From contig JBPOHZ010000002.1 in assembly GCA_052034955.1 (NCBI GenBank), forward strand, positions 10,790 through 74,789: a stretch of DNA of 64,000 nucleotides. Direction: 5' to 3'. The position numbers and the translations under genes are program-made. This document shows positions 1 through 11,199 of this stretch, one piece after another (the first letter of the stretch is position 1; every line of letters begins with the position of its first letter). Under the pieces are notes generated by a model, which ran no database searches, had not been told where the DNA came from, and was given only the letters and a program-made list of their open reading frames with translations. Source of the stretch: Candidatus Saccharimonadota bacterium. GTDB taxonomy: Bacteria; Patescibacteriota; Saccharimonadia; Saccharimonadales; AWTP1-31.

Positions 1-1218
1 CAAGAAATCATTGCCGACGAGACTAGTTTTGTAACTGGTGACGAGGCTGTCGAGCTTCTGACCGTACATAAAGCTAAAGGGCTGGAATTTGGTACCGTCT
101 ATATCGTAAACGCAATTGACGCGAATTGGCGACCGAGCGGCGGAGGACGCAAATGTCCGGCCAATTTACCACTTCAACCAAATGGCGATGATCAAGACGA
201 TTATGCCAGGTTGATGTATGTTGCCGCTACTAGGGCAAAGCATTCCATTATTGCCGGGAGCTACCGCGAAGACACAACCGGCAAAGAGGTCATGGCCACA
301 CCTTTACTGCATGGCGTATTGGATATAAGTCAGGTCATTAGTGATGTAGATAAAATAACCGTTTTAGAAGAACATCTTAGTTGGCCCGAACTCAACATAG
401 AAGACCAACGACTCAATCTAACGTCCGTATTACAGAATTACAGCCTTAGTGTAAGTGGCTTATTGGACTTCCTAGACCTTAGCCAGGGTGGCCCAAATCT
501 TTTCCTAGAGCATCACTTACTCCATCTTCCAGAATCGACCAATGCCAGCATGGCATTTGGTACTGCAATACATGCCGCGCTAGAGTTTGCTCAGATATCG
601 GTCAATGCCGGGGGTCTGAATATAGCCAAGGTGCTAGATCATTTCGAGACAACACTTGCCGAACAATTCTTGCCCACAAATGAATATCAAAAGTTTTTGA
701 TACATGGCAAAGATCTTTTAACTAAGTTACTTAAAAGCGACACCTTCTGGCTGGGCAAGGGTGACCTTCCAGAACAGAGCCTTGGTGATGTAACTATTGG
801 AGAGGCTCGGATCAAGGGAGTGCTTGACCGTATAAATATTAAGGATGGGCACGCGACCATCATCGATTATAAGACAGGTCAGCCACTGGGAAGTTTCACA
901 ACCAAAGATCGCACCAAAGAAATCAAAGCTTGGCGACATAGAACTCAACTTACTTACTATGCATTACTCCTAAACAACAGCTCACGATTCAAGCCAAAGT
1001 CAGTCAGTGGCCAAATGTGGTACGTAGAAGCGAGTGCCGCAAAAGAATTAATACGCGAATATACCCCAAGCCCGGAAGAGCTAGAAAAGATGAGTCGTCT
1101 TATCGAAAAAGTATGGGACAAAATCCAAACCCTAAACTTACCCGATGTATCAAATTACGGTAACGACTATTCTTCGATTAAGCTTTTCGAACAAGACCTT
1201 TTAGACGGAAATATTTAG
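1..1218 (+). CDS. UvrD/PcrA-family SF1 helicase C-terminal region fused to a PD-(D/E)XK (RecB/Cas4-like) nuclease domain; 5' end lies off-window
   Basis: Frame 1 is open from base 1 to the listed Met at 211. LTVHKAKGLEF and MYVAATRAK resemble helicase motifs V/VI. GVLDRINIKDGHATIIDYKTGQ plus the later QLTYYALL fit the nuclease core. Confidence 0.75.
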   Translation, partial: QEIIADETSFVTGDEAVELLTVHKAKGLEFGTVYIVNAIDANWRPSGGGRKCPANLPLQPNGDDQDDYARLMYVAATRAKHSIIAGSYREDTTGKEVMATPLLHGVLDISQVISDVDKITVLEEHLSWPELNIEDQRLNLTSVLQNYSLSVSGLLDFLDLSQGGPNLFLEHHLLHLPESTNASMAFGTAIHAALEFAQISVNAGGLNIAKVLDHFETTLAEQFLPTNEYQKFLIHGKDLLTKLLKSDTFWLGKGDLPEQSLGDVTIGEARIKGVLDRINIKDGHATIIDYKTGQPLGSFTTKDRTKEIKAWRHRTQLTYYALLLNNSSRFKPKSVSGQMWYVEASAAKELIREYTPSPEELEKMSRLIEKVWDKIQTLNLPDVSNYGNDYSSIKLFEQDLLDGNI

Positions 1219-1227
1219 AATAAAAAA

Positions 1228-1248
1228 ACCTCCCTACGAAAGGGAGGT
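1228..1248. terminator. Bidirectional hairpin between convergent genes
   Basis: ACCTCCCT-acgaa-AGGGAGGT, preceded by an A-run and followed by T-containing sequence. It sits between the stops at 1218 (+) and 1268 (-). Confidence 0.6.
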
Positions 1249-1267
1249 TAGTTGAAGCCTAATTAGC

Positions 1268-2011
1268 TTAGCGCTTCTTTTTGGTTGTCTTTTTTGCAGT
1301 TGTCTTCTTTTTTGTAGAGGACTTGGCAACTGATTTGGAAGTTGTTTTGGTAGAAACTTTTGTAGCTTTAAACTTGCCCTTTGGAAGTTGAAATTTAATC
1401 TCATCTGTAAATAAGATTGCGTACAAGTTCATACCAATTATTGATCCGGCGATAGGACCAGCAGCATATGCCCAGTTCCAAGATTGTAGACCCAATGCAA
1501 CTGCTGGGTTAAGGACGCCATTACTGGCAAGCGATGCAACCAAGATGCCGATTGTTAGAGACCCACCAACGGTGAAAGCCAGTTTTGTACCTTCGTACTT
1601 TTGGTAAACAGCCGATGCTACACCAAACCCAAAGATCAACGCACCGATAGCTTCTGCGATCAGTACTTTAACTTCGAATTTGTTTGCGATACTTTCGATT
1701 GAGCTGCCTAGGAAGTAATTGATTAAGGCCCAAGCCGCTAGACCACCTACCATCTGGAAGGCAATGTAGATAATTGCTTGCAATGTTTTTACCTTTTTTA
1801 CGCTCCAAAGACCCAAAGTTATGGCGGGGTTTACGTGGGCGCCTGATGCGCTACCAATAGTGTGTACTAGTAGACCTAGCGTTATACCAGCTGCAAGACC
1901 ACCAAAAAGTGGAAATGATGTTCGGGCAACCATTGAGTAAACTGCAGTCGTAAGAACTACAACTCCCATTAATTCAGCCACAGCCATGGCTATTTTTTGA
2001 CGTACGTTCAT
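1268..2011 (-). CDS. MIP-family channel (aquaporin/glycerol facilitator) with a Lys/Thr-rich C-terminal tail
   Basis: Two NPA boxes (HVNPAITLG, LNPAVALG) and six hydrophobic segments. The last ~45 aa are KT-rich (TKKKTTAKKTTKKKR). Confidence 0.9.
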   Translation of the reverse strand: MNVRQKIAMAVAELMGVVVLTTAVYSMVARTSFPLFGGLAAGITLGLLVHTIGSASGAHVNPAITLGLWSVKKVKTLQAIIYIAFQMVGGLAAWALINYFLGSSIESIANKFEVKVLIAEAIGALIFGFGVASAVYQKYEGTKLAFTVGGSLTIGILVASLASNGVLNPAVALGLQSWNWAYAAGPIAGSIIGMNLYAILFTDEIKFQLPKGKFKATKVSTKTTSKSVAKSSTKKKTTAKKTTKKKR

Positions 2012-2105
2012 TCGAACCCTCCTTAAGAATAATATCTAGATAAACAATAATAGTTTTGAGCTTTAAATGCAAATTATGGGCGTGGTAGTATTTACTACCG
2101 TAATG

Positions 2106-2534
2106 CTAACGGTTGCGTTTTCGTCGACGTAAACCAGCAACCTGTAGACGTACGGCCTGTCTATCAACCAAGGCCTGTGCCTGGTCTAGCGAAACTCTGT
2201 CTTTAGCCTGACGGGCCATAGATAATGCTTCTAGGTGCGCCTTTTCTGCCTCGGCCTCATTTATCTCATCTTCTTGATCAGCTTCGTCGACCAACAACTT
2301 AACTGTGTTATTGTTAATCTCAATAACTCCTCCGTTGGTAGCAAAATACTCGAGTTTTTCTTCGGGATCTCCCAACTTATGACGGATAGATATAACGCCA
2401 GGTGTAGCAATGCTTACCAGTGGCATATGGCTCGGAAAGACAGCAATGTAACCATCTGCTGTCGGCAGAACAACTTCATACACTTCTTTACTAAACTTAG
2501 TGCCAGCGAGAGTTACCAGCTCGAATTTTATCAT
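2106..2534 (-). CDS. atpC: F1 ATP synthase epsilon subunit
   Basis: The N-terminal region (LPTADGYIAVFPSHMPLVS) plus a helical C-terminus match epsilon. It is the last gene of the atp operon. Confidence 0.9.
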   Translation of the reverse strand: MIKFELVTLAGTKFSKEVYEVVLPTADGYIAVFPSHMPLVSIATPGVISIRHKLGDPEEKLEYFATNGGVIEINNNTVKLLVDEADQEDEINEAEAEKAHLEALSMARQAKDRVSLDQAQALVDRQAVRLQVAGLRRRKRNR

Positions 2535-2767
2535 TCCATAACTCCTATTACTCCTAATGGATCGCTTGGTAAAGTTCGTGGGACGCTACAAGCCTTAATA
2601 ATCTCATCCATCATACGAGGTGACATAAAAATCTCACCGGACTCATCATAGATCACATCAGGTCCAGCATGAGCATCTGGCAGAACAGTAACACCAACTA
2701 GTCCATCAGCATTGCAACGTGGAGTATCGACTACTGGTAACTTTCCAAGCTCAAACTTTTTTGTCAT
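2531..2767 (-). CDS. Hypothetical 78-aa protein (X3) inserted between atpD and atpC
   Basis: Its ATG lies 1 nt after the atpD stop. Its TGA overlaps the atpC ATG (ATGA). I recognise no motif. Confidence 0.6.
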   Translation of the reverse strand: MTKKFELGKLPVVDTPRCNADGLVGVTVLPDAHAGPDVIYDESGEIFMSPRMMDEIIKACSVPRTLPSDPLGVIGVME

Positions 2768-2768
2768 A

Positions 2769-4668
<1,900 letters not shown>

Positions 4669-4672
<4 letters not shown>

Positions 4673-5535
4673 CTTATTGCCTCCGCTCCACCGGTTATTT
4701 CTGCTAATTCTTGGGTAATTGCTGCCTGACGGGCAGTGTTGAATGCTAGAGTTAGATCTTCGATCAGGTCACTGGCGTTGTCGGTAGCATTCTTCATAGC
4801 CATCATGCGCATAGATTGCTCACTAGCACTAGATTCTAATAGTGCTTGGCTAAGCTGAGATTCAATCAGTCTTTCAGTCACAGCCTCCAACACCGCTTTA
4901 GGTGAAGGTTCAAAAACAACACTTTCGGTATCAACTTCTATTTCTTCCTCGCTGTAAGCAGCCGGTAATAGTCGGTCGACAACGACCACCTGAGATATGC
5001 TCGATTTGTAATCGGTATACAGCAGATCAACGGCATCAACTGCTTGATTAGTGTAGGCTGTTATAACTGTATCTAGAATCGGGCGGATATCGTTAGCTGT
5101 TAAATTGTCCGGCAAATCGTGGTAAGCAGCCAAAACCTCAACGTCTTCGAAACGACTAATAAATCTGGCGCCTTGCTTACCAACAACAATTGCCTGACTA
5201 GCAATACCAGCCAGCTGATCTTTCTTAAGCTCTTTTGTGAGTCGTTTTAGAACATTACTGTTATATGCACCGGCCAATCCACGGTTACTGGTCACAACTA
5301 CAAAAAGACGAGTTTTTATATCACGACTCTGGTACAACGGATGTTTACTAACATCCGTTAGCTGACGTAGCTGAGTAAGAATCTTGCGGGCCAAGTTACG
5401 GTAGTCACGACTCCTCATTGCATGCTCCTGTGCACGACGCATTTTGCTAGCACTCACCAGCTCCATAGCCTTGGTGATTTGTTTAGTGCTTTTAACACTT
5501 GTGATGCGTTGCTTTAGCTGCTGTCGACTAGCCAC
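4669..5535 (-). CDS. atpG: F1 ATP synthase gamma subunit (GTG start)
   Basis: KQITKAMELVSASKMRRAQ at the N-terminus and ITQELAEITGGAEA at the C-terminus. Full length at 288 aa. Confidence 0.95.
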
Positions 5536-5797
5536 GTGCTACTCCATCTTCTGCCATAGCTTTTTGAGCGACTGCTTGAAAGAGAGTTTCCATTGCTTGT
5601 GTGGCTTCTGGCGTTGGTGTACCGTCCTTAGCTTCAGTACCAATAACTAACAAAACTTCTGCGCCAACACCCATTGCACGAGCAAGTCTTGCTCGCTCAC
5701 TCTGGACACCGTTAACAAATGCTGTGTCCGCACGTCTTTCTGCACTCGTCCGTAATGCGTCCATTGCAAGTAATTCTCTGGATGCCATGGTGCTCAT
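5528..5797 (-). CDS. Hypothetical 89-aa Ala/Arg/Glu-rich protein (X1) inserted between atpA and atpG
   Basis: Its ATG lies 2 nt after the atpA TAA, with an AAGGA element upstream. Its TAG lies 8 nt inside atpG. Confidence 0.6.
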   Translation of the reverse strand: MSTMASRELLAMDALRTSAERRADTAFVNGVQSERARLARAMGVGAEVLLVIGTEAKDGTPTPEATQAMETLFQAVAQKAMAEDGVARG

Positions 5798-5799
5798 TT

Positions 5800-7329
5800 T
5801 TAGTCCTTTAGTCCTTCAGCGATTTCTTTGGCGGTGTCGAGGATTGCTTTCTTGGCTTCGTCGGTTGGCTTGTCGCCCTTGGCTAGAGTTTCGACAACTT
5901 TTTTGTGACGGCTAGTAAGTTCGTGTAATAGGCTAGCTTGAGCGTCTTTAATCTTAGCTACTGGAACCTCGTCAAAAGCCCCATCGGTTGCGGCCATAAG
6001 GCTGGCAGTTTGTTCCCAAACACCAAGTGGTGAATATTGAGGTTGTTTTAGAAGTTCGGTTAGTCGTTGACCACGCTCGATCTTTTGCTTTGTTTCGGCG
6101 TCTAGGTCTGATCCAAACTGAGCAAAAGCGGCAAGTTCGCGGAACTGAGCTAGGTCTAAACGAAGTGACCCAGCAACAGACTTAACTGCTTTAGTTTGGG
6201 CAGCACCACCAACACGAGATACTGACAAACCAACGGATACGGCTGGTCGGATACCTTGGTTGAATAGGTTGGTTTCCATAAAGATCTGACCATCGGTGAT
6301 AGAAATCACGTTGGTTGGAATATAGGCACTAATATCTCCGGCTTGAGTTTCGATGATTGGTAGGGCAGTTAAACTACCGCCACCTTTGGCGTCACTCATC
6401 TTAGCAGCTCGTTCTAGAAGACGACTGTGCAAGTAGAAAACGTCACCCGGGTAAGCTTCGCGGCCTGGTGGACGTCGTAGCAATAGTGACATCTGACGGT
6501 AAGCAACAGCGTGCTTACTGAGGTCGTAATATGTAATTAAAGCATGTTGTCCGTTATCACGGAAATATTCACCAATGGCAGCACCGGCGTAAGGGGCCAG
6601 GTACTGCAGAGAAGCAGGGTCTGCAGCCGAAGTCGCCACCACAATGGTCTGATCCATCACACCCTCGCGCTTTAGTCGCTCAATAATACGAGCAACCTTA
6701 CTAAGCTTCTGACCTACGGCCACGTAGATGTTAATAACACCGGTTTTTTGTTTGAACTGGTTGATCATAGTGTCTACAGCAATAGCAGTCTTACCGGTTT
6801 GACGGTCACCAATAATAAGCTCACGTTGGCCACGACCGATTGGCACCATGGCATCAATAGCCATAAGACCAGTCATCATTGGTTCGTTAACACTTTTACG
6901 ATCTAGTACTCCAGGGGCATTGTTTTCGATTAAACCAAAGTTCTTGGACTTAATTGGACCTTTGTCGTCCAATGGTCGACCAAGTGGGTCGACCACTCGC
7001 CCGATAAGCTCTGGGCCAACAGGGATCTCCATAACCTTACCGGTTAGTCGTGCTCGCATACCGGCCTTAACTTCGACATCTTCGCCCATAAGTACGGCGC
7101 CGATCTCACCTTCTTGTAGGTTAAGAGCAAAAGCTGGAACAACAACGCCTTCGCCTTCGATCTCGATCATTTCGTTATAGCCACACTTTTGTAGTCCATA
7201 GATCCAAGCAATTCCGTCACCAATTCGGGTAACAACACCGACGCTTTCGATTTCTGGGCTAGCTTTTAGCTCGGCAATCGCTGCTCGAATGTCGCTACTT
7301 AGATCTTTGATGTTTATATCTGTCGCCAT
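5800..7329 (-). CDS. atpA: F1 ATP synthase alpha subunit
   Basis: Walker A GDRQTGKT and conserved alpha motifs. Full length at 509 aa. Confidence 0.98.
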   Translation of the reverse strand: MATDINIKDLSSDIRAAIAELKASPEIESVGVVTRIGDGIAWIYGLQKCGYNEMIEIEGEGVVVPAFALNLQEGEIGAVLMGEDVEVKAGMRARLTGKVMEIPVGPELIGRVVDPLGRPLDDKGPIKSKNFGLIENNAPGVLDRKSVNEPMMTGLMAIDAMVPIGRGQRELIIGDRQTGKTAIAVDTMINQFKQKTGVINIYVAVGQKLSKVARIIERLKREGVMDQTIVVATSAADPASLQYLAPYAGAAIGEYFRDNGQHALITYYDLSKHAVAYRQMSLLLRRPPGREAYPGDVFYLHSRLLERAAKMSDAKGGGSLTALPIIETQAGDISAYIPTNVISITDGQIFMETNLFNQGIRPAVSVGLSVSRVGGAAQTKAVKSVAGSLRLDLAQFRELAAFAQFGSDLDAETKQKIERGQRLTELLKQPQYSPLGVWEQTASLMAATDGAFDEVPVAKIKDAQASLLHELTSRHKKVVETLAKGDKPTDEAKKAILDTAKEIAEGLKD

Positions 7330-7340
7330 TTGTTCTCCTT

Positions 7341-7763
7341 CTAATCAGTTATCGCTGAATGTGCCAATTCGATCTTGGCATGTTTTAGTCGCTGTAATTG
7401 CCGCTGTACGGTCAAATCTAACTGGTGGTCGGCTGTTTGCAACCTCACACCGCCAATTACATCGCTATCGATTGTTTGATGAATAATAATATCTTTTGCA
7501 CCAGTTTGTTCGGCAAAAATCTTGGTAATTTCTGCCATCTGAACCTCGCTAAGTGCAAATGCCGAAGTAGCGTGAACATACAACTTTCCATCTTCCGATA
7601 GAAGTATGCGCTCTACTTCGCGGATAATTGCCTGTGAATCACCTAAGCGTCTTTCTAGTGTTAAATAGGCCGCCAATGACTTTGTAGCCTGGGCCATATT
7701 TTTGCCAGACTTAAGCTGGGCAAGGGTAGCGCGGGCTAAAGACGTATTGGAGACCCTACTCAT
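7341..7763 (-). CDS. atpH: ATP synthase delta (OSCP) subunit, short form
   Basis: Its position between atpF and atpA. The C-terminal [12 protein letters not shown]...DLTV motif is typical of delta. Confidence 0.8.
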   Translation of the reverse strand: MSRVSNTSLARATLAQLKSGKNMAQATKSLAAYLTLERRLGDSQAIIREVERILLSEDGKLYVHATSAFALSEVQMAEITKIFAEQTGAKDIIIHQTIDSDVIGGVRLQTADHQLDLTVQRQLQRLKHAKIELAHSAITD

Positions 7764-7764
7764 A

Positions 7765-8316
7765 CTAGGCTTTTCCTACCTTTGGTACTCGATTTAGAGC
7801 TCGTTCGATGAGACTGGCATCTTTCTTGGCATCTACTTTTTCACCGATAATTACTTCGGTAGCCTCGGATACTAGGGCAAGCATTTCACCACGAAGCTCT
7901 TTTCGAGCAGCTTGCATTTCTTGAGCTATTTTAGATTCGGCTTCTTCTAGTAGATTGTCGGCTTTCTGAACCGCTACGGCTTCGGCTTCTTTAATAACAT
8001 TACTAGCTTCAACTCGAGCTTCGGCCAAGATTTCATCGGCTTGCTTGCGAGCCTTACGTTGCATGCCCTGTAGTTCTTCATCGAACTTTTCTTTGGCCTT
8101 TTGCATCTCTAGCCCTAGGTCAACACCCTGGTCGATTGTCTTACGACGCTTTTCCAAGGTGTCAACGATACCGGGCAGAGCGAACTTCCGAAGAATAAAG
8201 AACAATAGTACAAAAGTTCCAGCCTGCAGCAAAATAGCCTTAGGATCGATTCCAAGTACGGCAATACCTTCTTTCTCGGCTGCCGCTTCAGCAAACGTTA
8301 CTAATGAACTAATCAT
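7765..8316 (-). CDS. atpF: Fo ATP synthase b subunit
   Basis: One N-terminal TM segment followed by a long charged coiled coil, at the expected operon position. Confidence 0.85.
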   Translation of the reverse strand: MISSLVTFAEAAAEKEGIAVLGIDPKAILLQAGTFVLLFFILRKFALPGIVDTLEKRRKTIDQGVDLGLEMQKAKEKFDEELQGMQRKARKQADEILAEARVEASNVIKEAEAVAVQKADNLLEEAESKIAQEMQAARKELRGEMLALVSEATEVIIGEKVDAKKDASLIERALNRVPKVGKA

Positions 8317-8337
8317 TCTGTTTTACTCCTGTTGTTC

Positions 8338-8604
8338 TTATTTAACGATGATTGCGCCTAGGAATGCTAGAAGCGCTGTTACTTCGATCATAGCTGCGAT
8401 AATAACAACTTGACCTGCGGCTTTTCCAGCTTCTGGGTTTCGACCTAGAGCCTTCATGTAAGCCTGTCCGACCATTCCAAGGCCGATAGCTGCACCTAGG
8501 AATGCAATTCCTAGCATGAATGCTTTAGCTGCAGTTGGATTCCAACCACCGCGCTGTGCTACTTCTGTTGCCTCTGCGGCAAATCTTGATATTTGTGGAA
8601 CCAT
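8338..8604 (-). CDS. atpE: Fo ATP synthase c subunit
   Basis: An 88-aa two-helix hairpin with an RNPE loop and a conserved carboxylate (AAMIEVTAL). Confidence 0.9.
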   Translation of the reverse strand: MVPQISRFAAEATEVAQRGGWNPTAAKAFMLGIAFLGAAIGLGMVGQAYMKALGRNPEAGKAAGQVVIIAAMIEVTALLAFLGAIIVK

Positions 8605-8668
8605 TTTATTTCTCCCTTAGTTTGTCACCACAGATGCCCGGCTAGCCGAACGGTCCTGTGGATATTAT

Positions 8669-9523
8669 TTAATGGTTTACATCGCCCTCGATTGACGCCA
8701 CAAGTGGGTCAACTTCGTGAGCAGTGTGCTCGTCATCATGGCTGTGGGCAATCGCAAGGCCTAAGTATGTGGCGGCAAGCACCGTAAATACATAGGCCTG
8801 GATGCAAGCAACCAGGATTTCGAACATCGCAATTGGCAAAATCGTAAACGACTGGAAATCTTTGCCAATAAAGGCAAAGACGGCAATCAAGATTTCACCG
8901 ACAACGGTGTTCAAAAACAAACGAAGGCTAAGACTAATCATACGGGTAAACTCACCAAAAACTTCCAACAACCCAATAAAGGCGTTAACTGGGTTAAGTG
9001 GTTTGTCAGTAAAGTAATGCTTTAGGTGGCCAATAAAACCAGACTCTTTAATAGATAGATATTGGACTGTTCCGATGGCAATCACAGCCATAGCAATAGT
9101 ACCGTTTAAATCTGCTGTAAAGGCTCGCAAAAGAGGGAAGGTGCCTTCGGCAGTTGTGGCATTAACACCTGGGCCAACCCAAGGCATGATACCCATAATA
9201 TTATTAAAGATAATGAACAAAAAGAAAGTACCAAAGATTGGGGCATATTGGGCAGCCTTCTTACGACTACCAAGTGGTCCTTCGATCAGGCCGATTACAA
9301 ATTCCATAAGAATTTCAATTATCTGGGCAATACCTTTAGTAGCTTTAACTCTAATCCTTCGTCTACTGAATAACAGAACCAGGGCCAACAGAATCGAGCA
9401 AGCCAGGCCGTAGATCATCGAGTTAGTTATGTTGAATCCACCGATGTGATAAACAGTTTCTGGAGCCAGGGCAATATGCGGTTCATCACCATTGGCAAAC
9501 CGATTTAAGAGAGCACTTAACAT
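8669..9523 (-). CDS. atpB: Fo ATP synthase a subunit
   Basis: Polytopic membrane protein with the essential-Arg region LSLRLFLN. I prefer the MLSALLN start at 9523 over the track start at 9544. Confidence 0.88.
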   Translation of the reverse strand: MLSALLNRFANGDEPHIALAPETVYHIGGFNITNSMIYGLACSILLALVLLFSRRRIRVKATKGIAQIIEILMEFVIGLIEGPLGSRKKAAQYAPIFGTFFLFIIFNNIMGIMPWVGPGVNATTAEGTFPLLRAFTADLNGTIAMAVIAIGTVQYLSIKESGFIGHLKHYFTDKPLNPVNAFIGLLEVFGEFTRMISLSLRLFLNTVVGEILIAVFAFIGKDFQSFTILPIAMFEILVACIQAYVFTVLAATYLGLAIAHSHDDEHTAHEVDPLVASIEGDVNH

Positions 9524-9658
9524 ATCACTCCGGGCACAAGGCAAATACAGGAGCTCGTCGTCAACGGGTTGGCGGCGTGATATCTCATCTCCAAATAGTA
9601 TAGCAGGAGGCTGACCCCTATAGCAACAGTGTTAGAGAATGGGGTGTATAATGTAAAT

Positions 9659-9886
9659 ATGATTACGCTTTACACTTCACCAGCTTGCGCATATTGTCAC
9701 ATGGCCCGCGAATACCTAAAGAGTCGCAAGCAAAAATTCAAAGAGTATGACATTAGCGATAACCCCAAAGCCTACAAGTGGGTAGAAGAAAATGTTGGAC
9801 AGATCGCAACCCCAGTCATAGATATAAATGGCACCATTATCCTAGGATTTAACCGTCCTCAAATTGACATCGCACTACGCAATTAA
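9659..9886 (+). CDS. Glutaredoxin-like (NrdH-type) redoxin
   Basis: CAYC active site in MITLYTSPACAYCHMAREYL and a TPVIDINGTII motif. A TGTATAAT element lies 7 nt upstream, so the mRNA may be leaderless. An alternative GTG start is at 9629. Confidence 0.75.
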   Translation: MITLYTSPACAYCHMAREYLKSRKQKFKEYDISDNPKAYKWVEENVGQIATPVIDINGTIILGFNRPQIDIALRN

Positions 9887-9977
9887 GTCATTATTCTAAT
9901 GCTTTAACGCTACAAATAGCGTATGTACTTTACACAACGGCGCTATTCATGCTATTTTGTAGTTACTAGGAGCATAG

Positions 9978-10604
9978 ATGACTTTAGATCCTGAATCTCG
10001 ATCACATCTCGTAACCGTACCCCTTAGCGTCGGGGAATTATTGCATGTAAGCAAAGATGACTTTAACGATAGCCCTGACGTTAGTCGGGTAATTATAGCG
10101 GCTAGAGCAGGTAATCAAATTGATGTTGGTATGGCAGCGCTCAGTGAAGTAGGGCTAATTGTACCCAACGATAAGGAAGCCTTAAACGAAGAACAGTTCC
10201 TGTCTCTTACTCAGCAATCCTCCGAAACTGACTCCAAAGAACTAGGGGAGAGGGCATCAAAGGTTACAAGCTTGGAGCAAGCCCTACTTCGACGCTGTTT
10301 TGCCAGAAAGGCGTTAGTCGCTGCCGGAAGAGTATATGAAAATGATTTTACCAAGATTGGCACAACCGTAGATGATAACCCTGTACGCATTGACGACCAA
10401 GATCTAGTAGAACAGCTCTTTGACAATACTGTAAGGTTCGATAACCATCCGCTACTGCTCTTAATCGCCAAAGCCGTCTTGGCCCCAGAGACAAGGTCTG
10501 ACGACCATGCCCGAACTAATATTTCACTTGCCGACAGATACCTTAGGCTAATGTTCTTGAATCAAGTTAATGTTGTTTCGATACCGATGACACATACACA
10601 CTAA
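9978..10604 (+). CDS. Hypothetical protein
   Basis: A 208-aa ORF with no motif I recognise. Confidence 0.45.
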   Translation: MTLDPESRSHLVTVPLSVGELLHVSKDDFNDSPDVSRVIIAARAGNQIDVGMAALSEVGLIVPNDKEALNEEQFLSLTQQSSETDSKELGERASKVTSLEQALLRRCFARKALVAAGRVYENDFTKIGTTVDDNPVRIDDQDLVEQLFDNTVRFDNHPLLLLIAKAVLAPETRSDDHARTNISLADRYLRLMFLNQVNVVSIPMTHTH

Positions 10605-10632
10605 CGTCCTAAGACTGCTGTACACTTAGTAT

Positions 10633-11199
10633 ATGTTTGAGGATTTCAAGACCAAAGAATCAGTAGTAATCGTCTATACCGGCGATAGCAAAGGCAAGAC
10701 CAGTGCTTCACTAGGCCTAATGGTCCGTGCCCTTGGCAATCGCTGGAACGTAGCCTTCATTCAATTTATCAAGTATTGGGGAGTGGGTGAGCATGTTTTT
10801 ATCAGAGACATTCAATCACTTTATAAAGATCAACTGTACTTCTTTAAAGGAGGCAAAGGCTTTTATCAGGCCGGTGATTTAAGCCCCGAACATATTAGCG
10901 AAGAACAGCATAAGCAAGCAGCGCTGGAAACCTACAATCAAGCAATGGATGCCGCAACCAGTGGTAAATATGATCTGGTAATCTGTGACGAGATTAACAA
11001 TGCTGTAAAAGATGGCCTGCTTACCAAAGCACAACTTAAAAAACTCATCAACTCTAAGCACAAGTCAACCAGTCTTTGCTTAACAGGGCGCAACTTCCCG
11101 AAGGAGTTTATCGAGTTAACCGATATAGCTACCGAGATGAAAAAGATTAAACACCATTTTGACGATAAGTTCCTGGCCAATCCAGGAATTGATTACTAA
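10633..11199 (+). CDS. Cob(I)yrinic acid a,c-diamide adenosyltransferase family (CobO/BtuR-like)
   Basis: VIVYTGDSKGKTSASLG, FIQFIK, LVICDEINNAV, LTGRNFP and a C-terminal GIDY parallel BtuR along its length. Confidence 0.8.
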   Translation: MFEDFKTKESVVIVYTGDSKGKTSASLGLMVRALGNRWNVAFIQFIKYWGVGEHVFIRDIQSLYKDQLYFFKGGKGFYQAGDLSPEHISEEQHKQAALETYNQAMDAATSGKYDLVICDEINNAVKDGLLTKAQLKKLINSKHKSTSLCLTGRNFPKEFIELTDIATEMKKIKHHFDDKFLANPGIDY

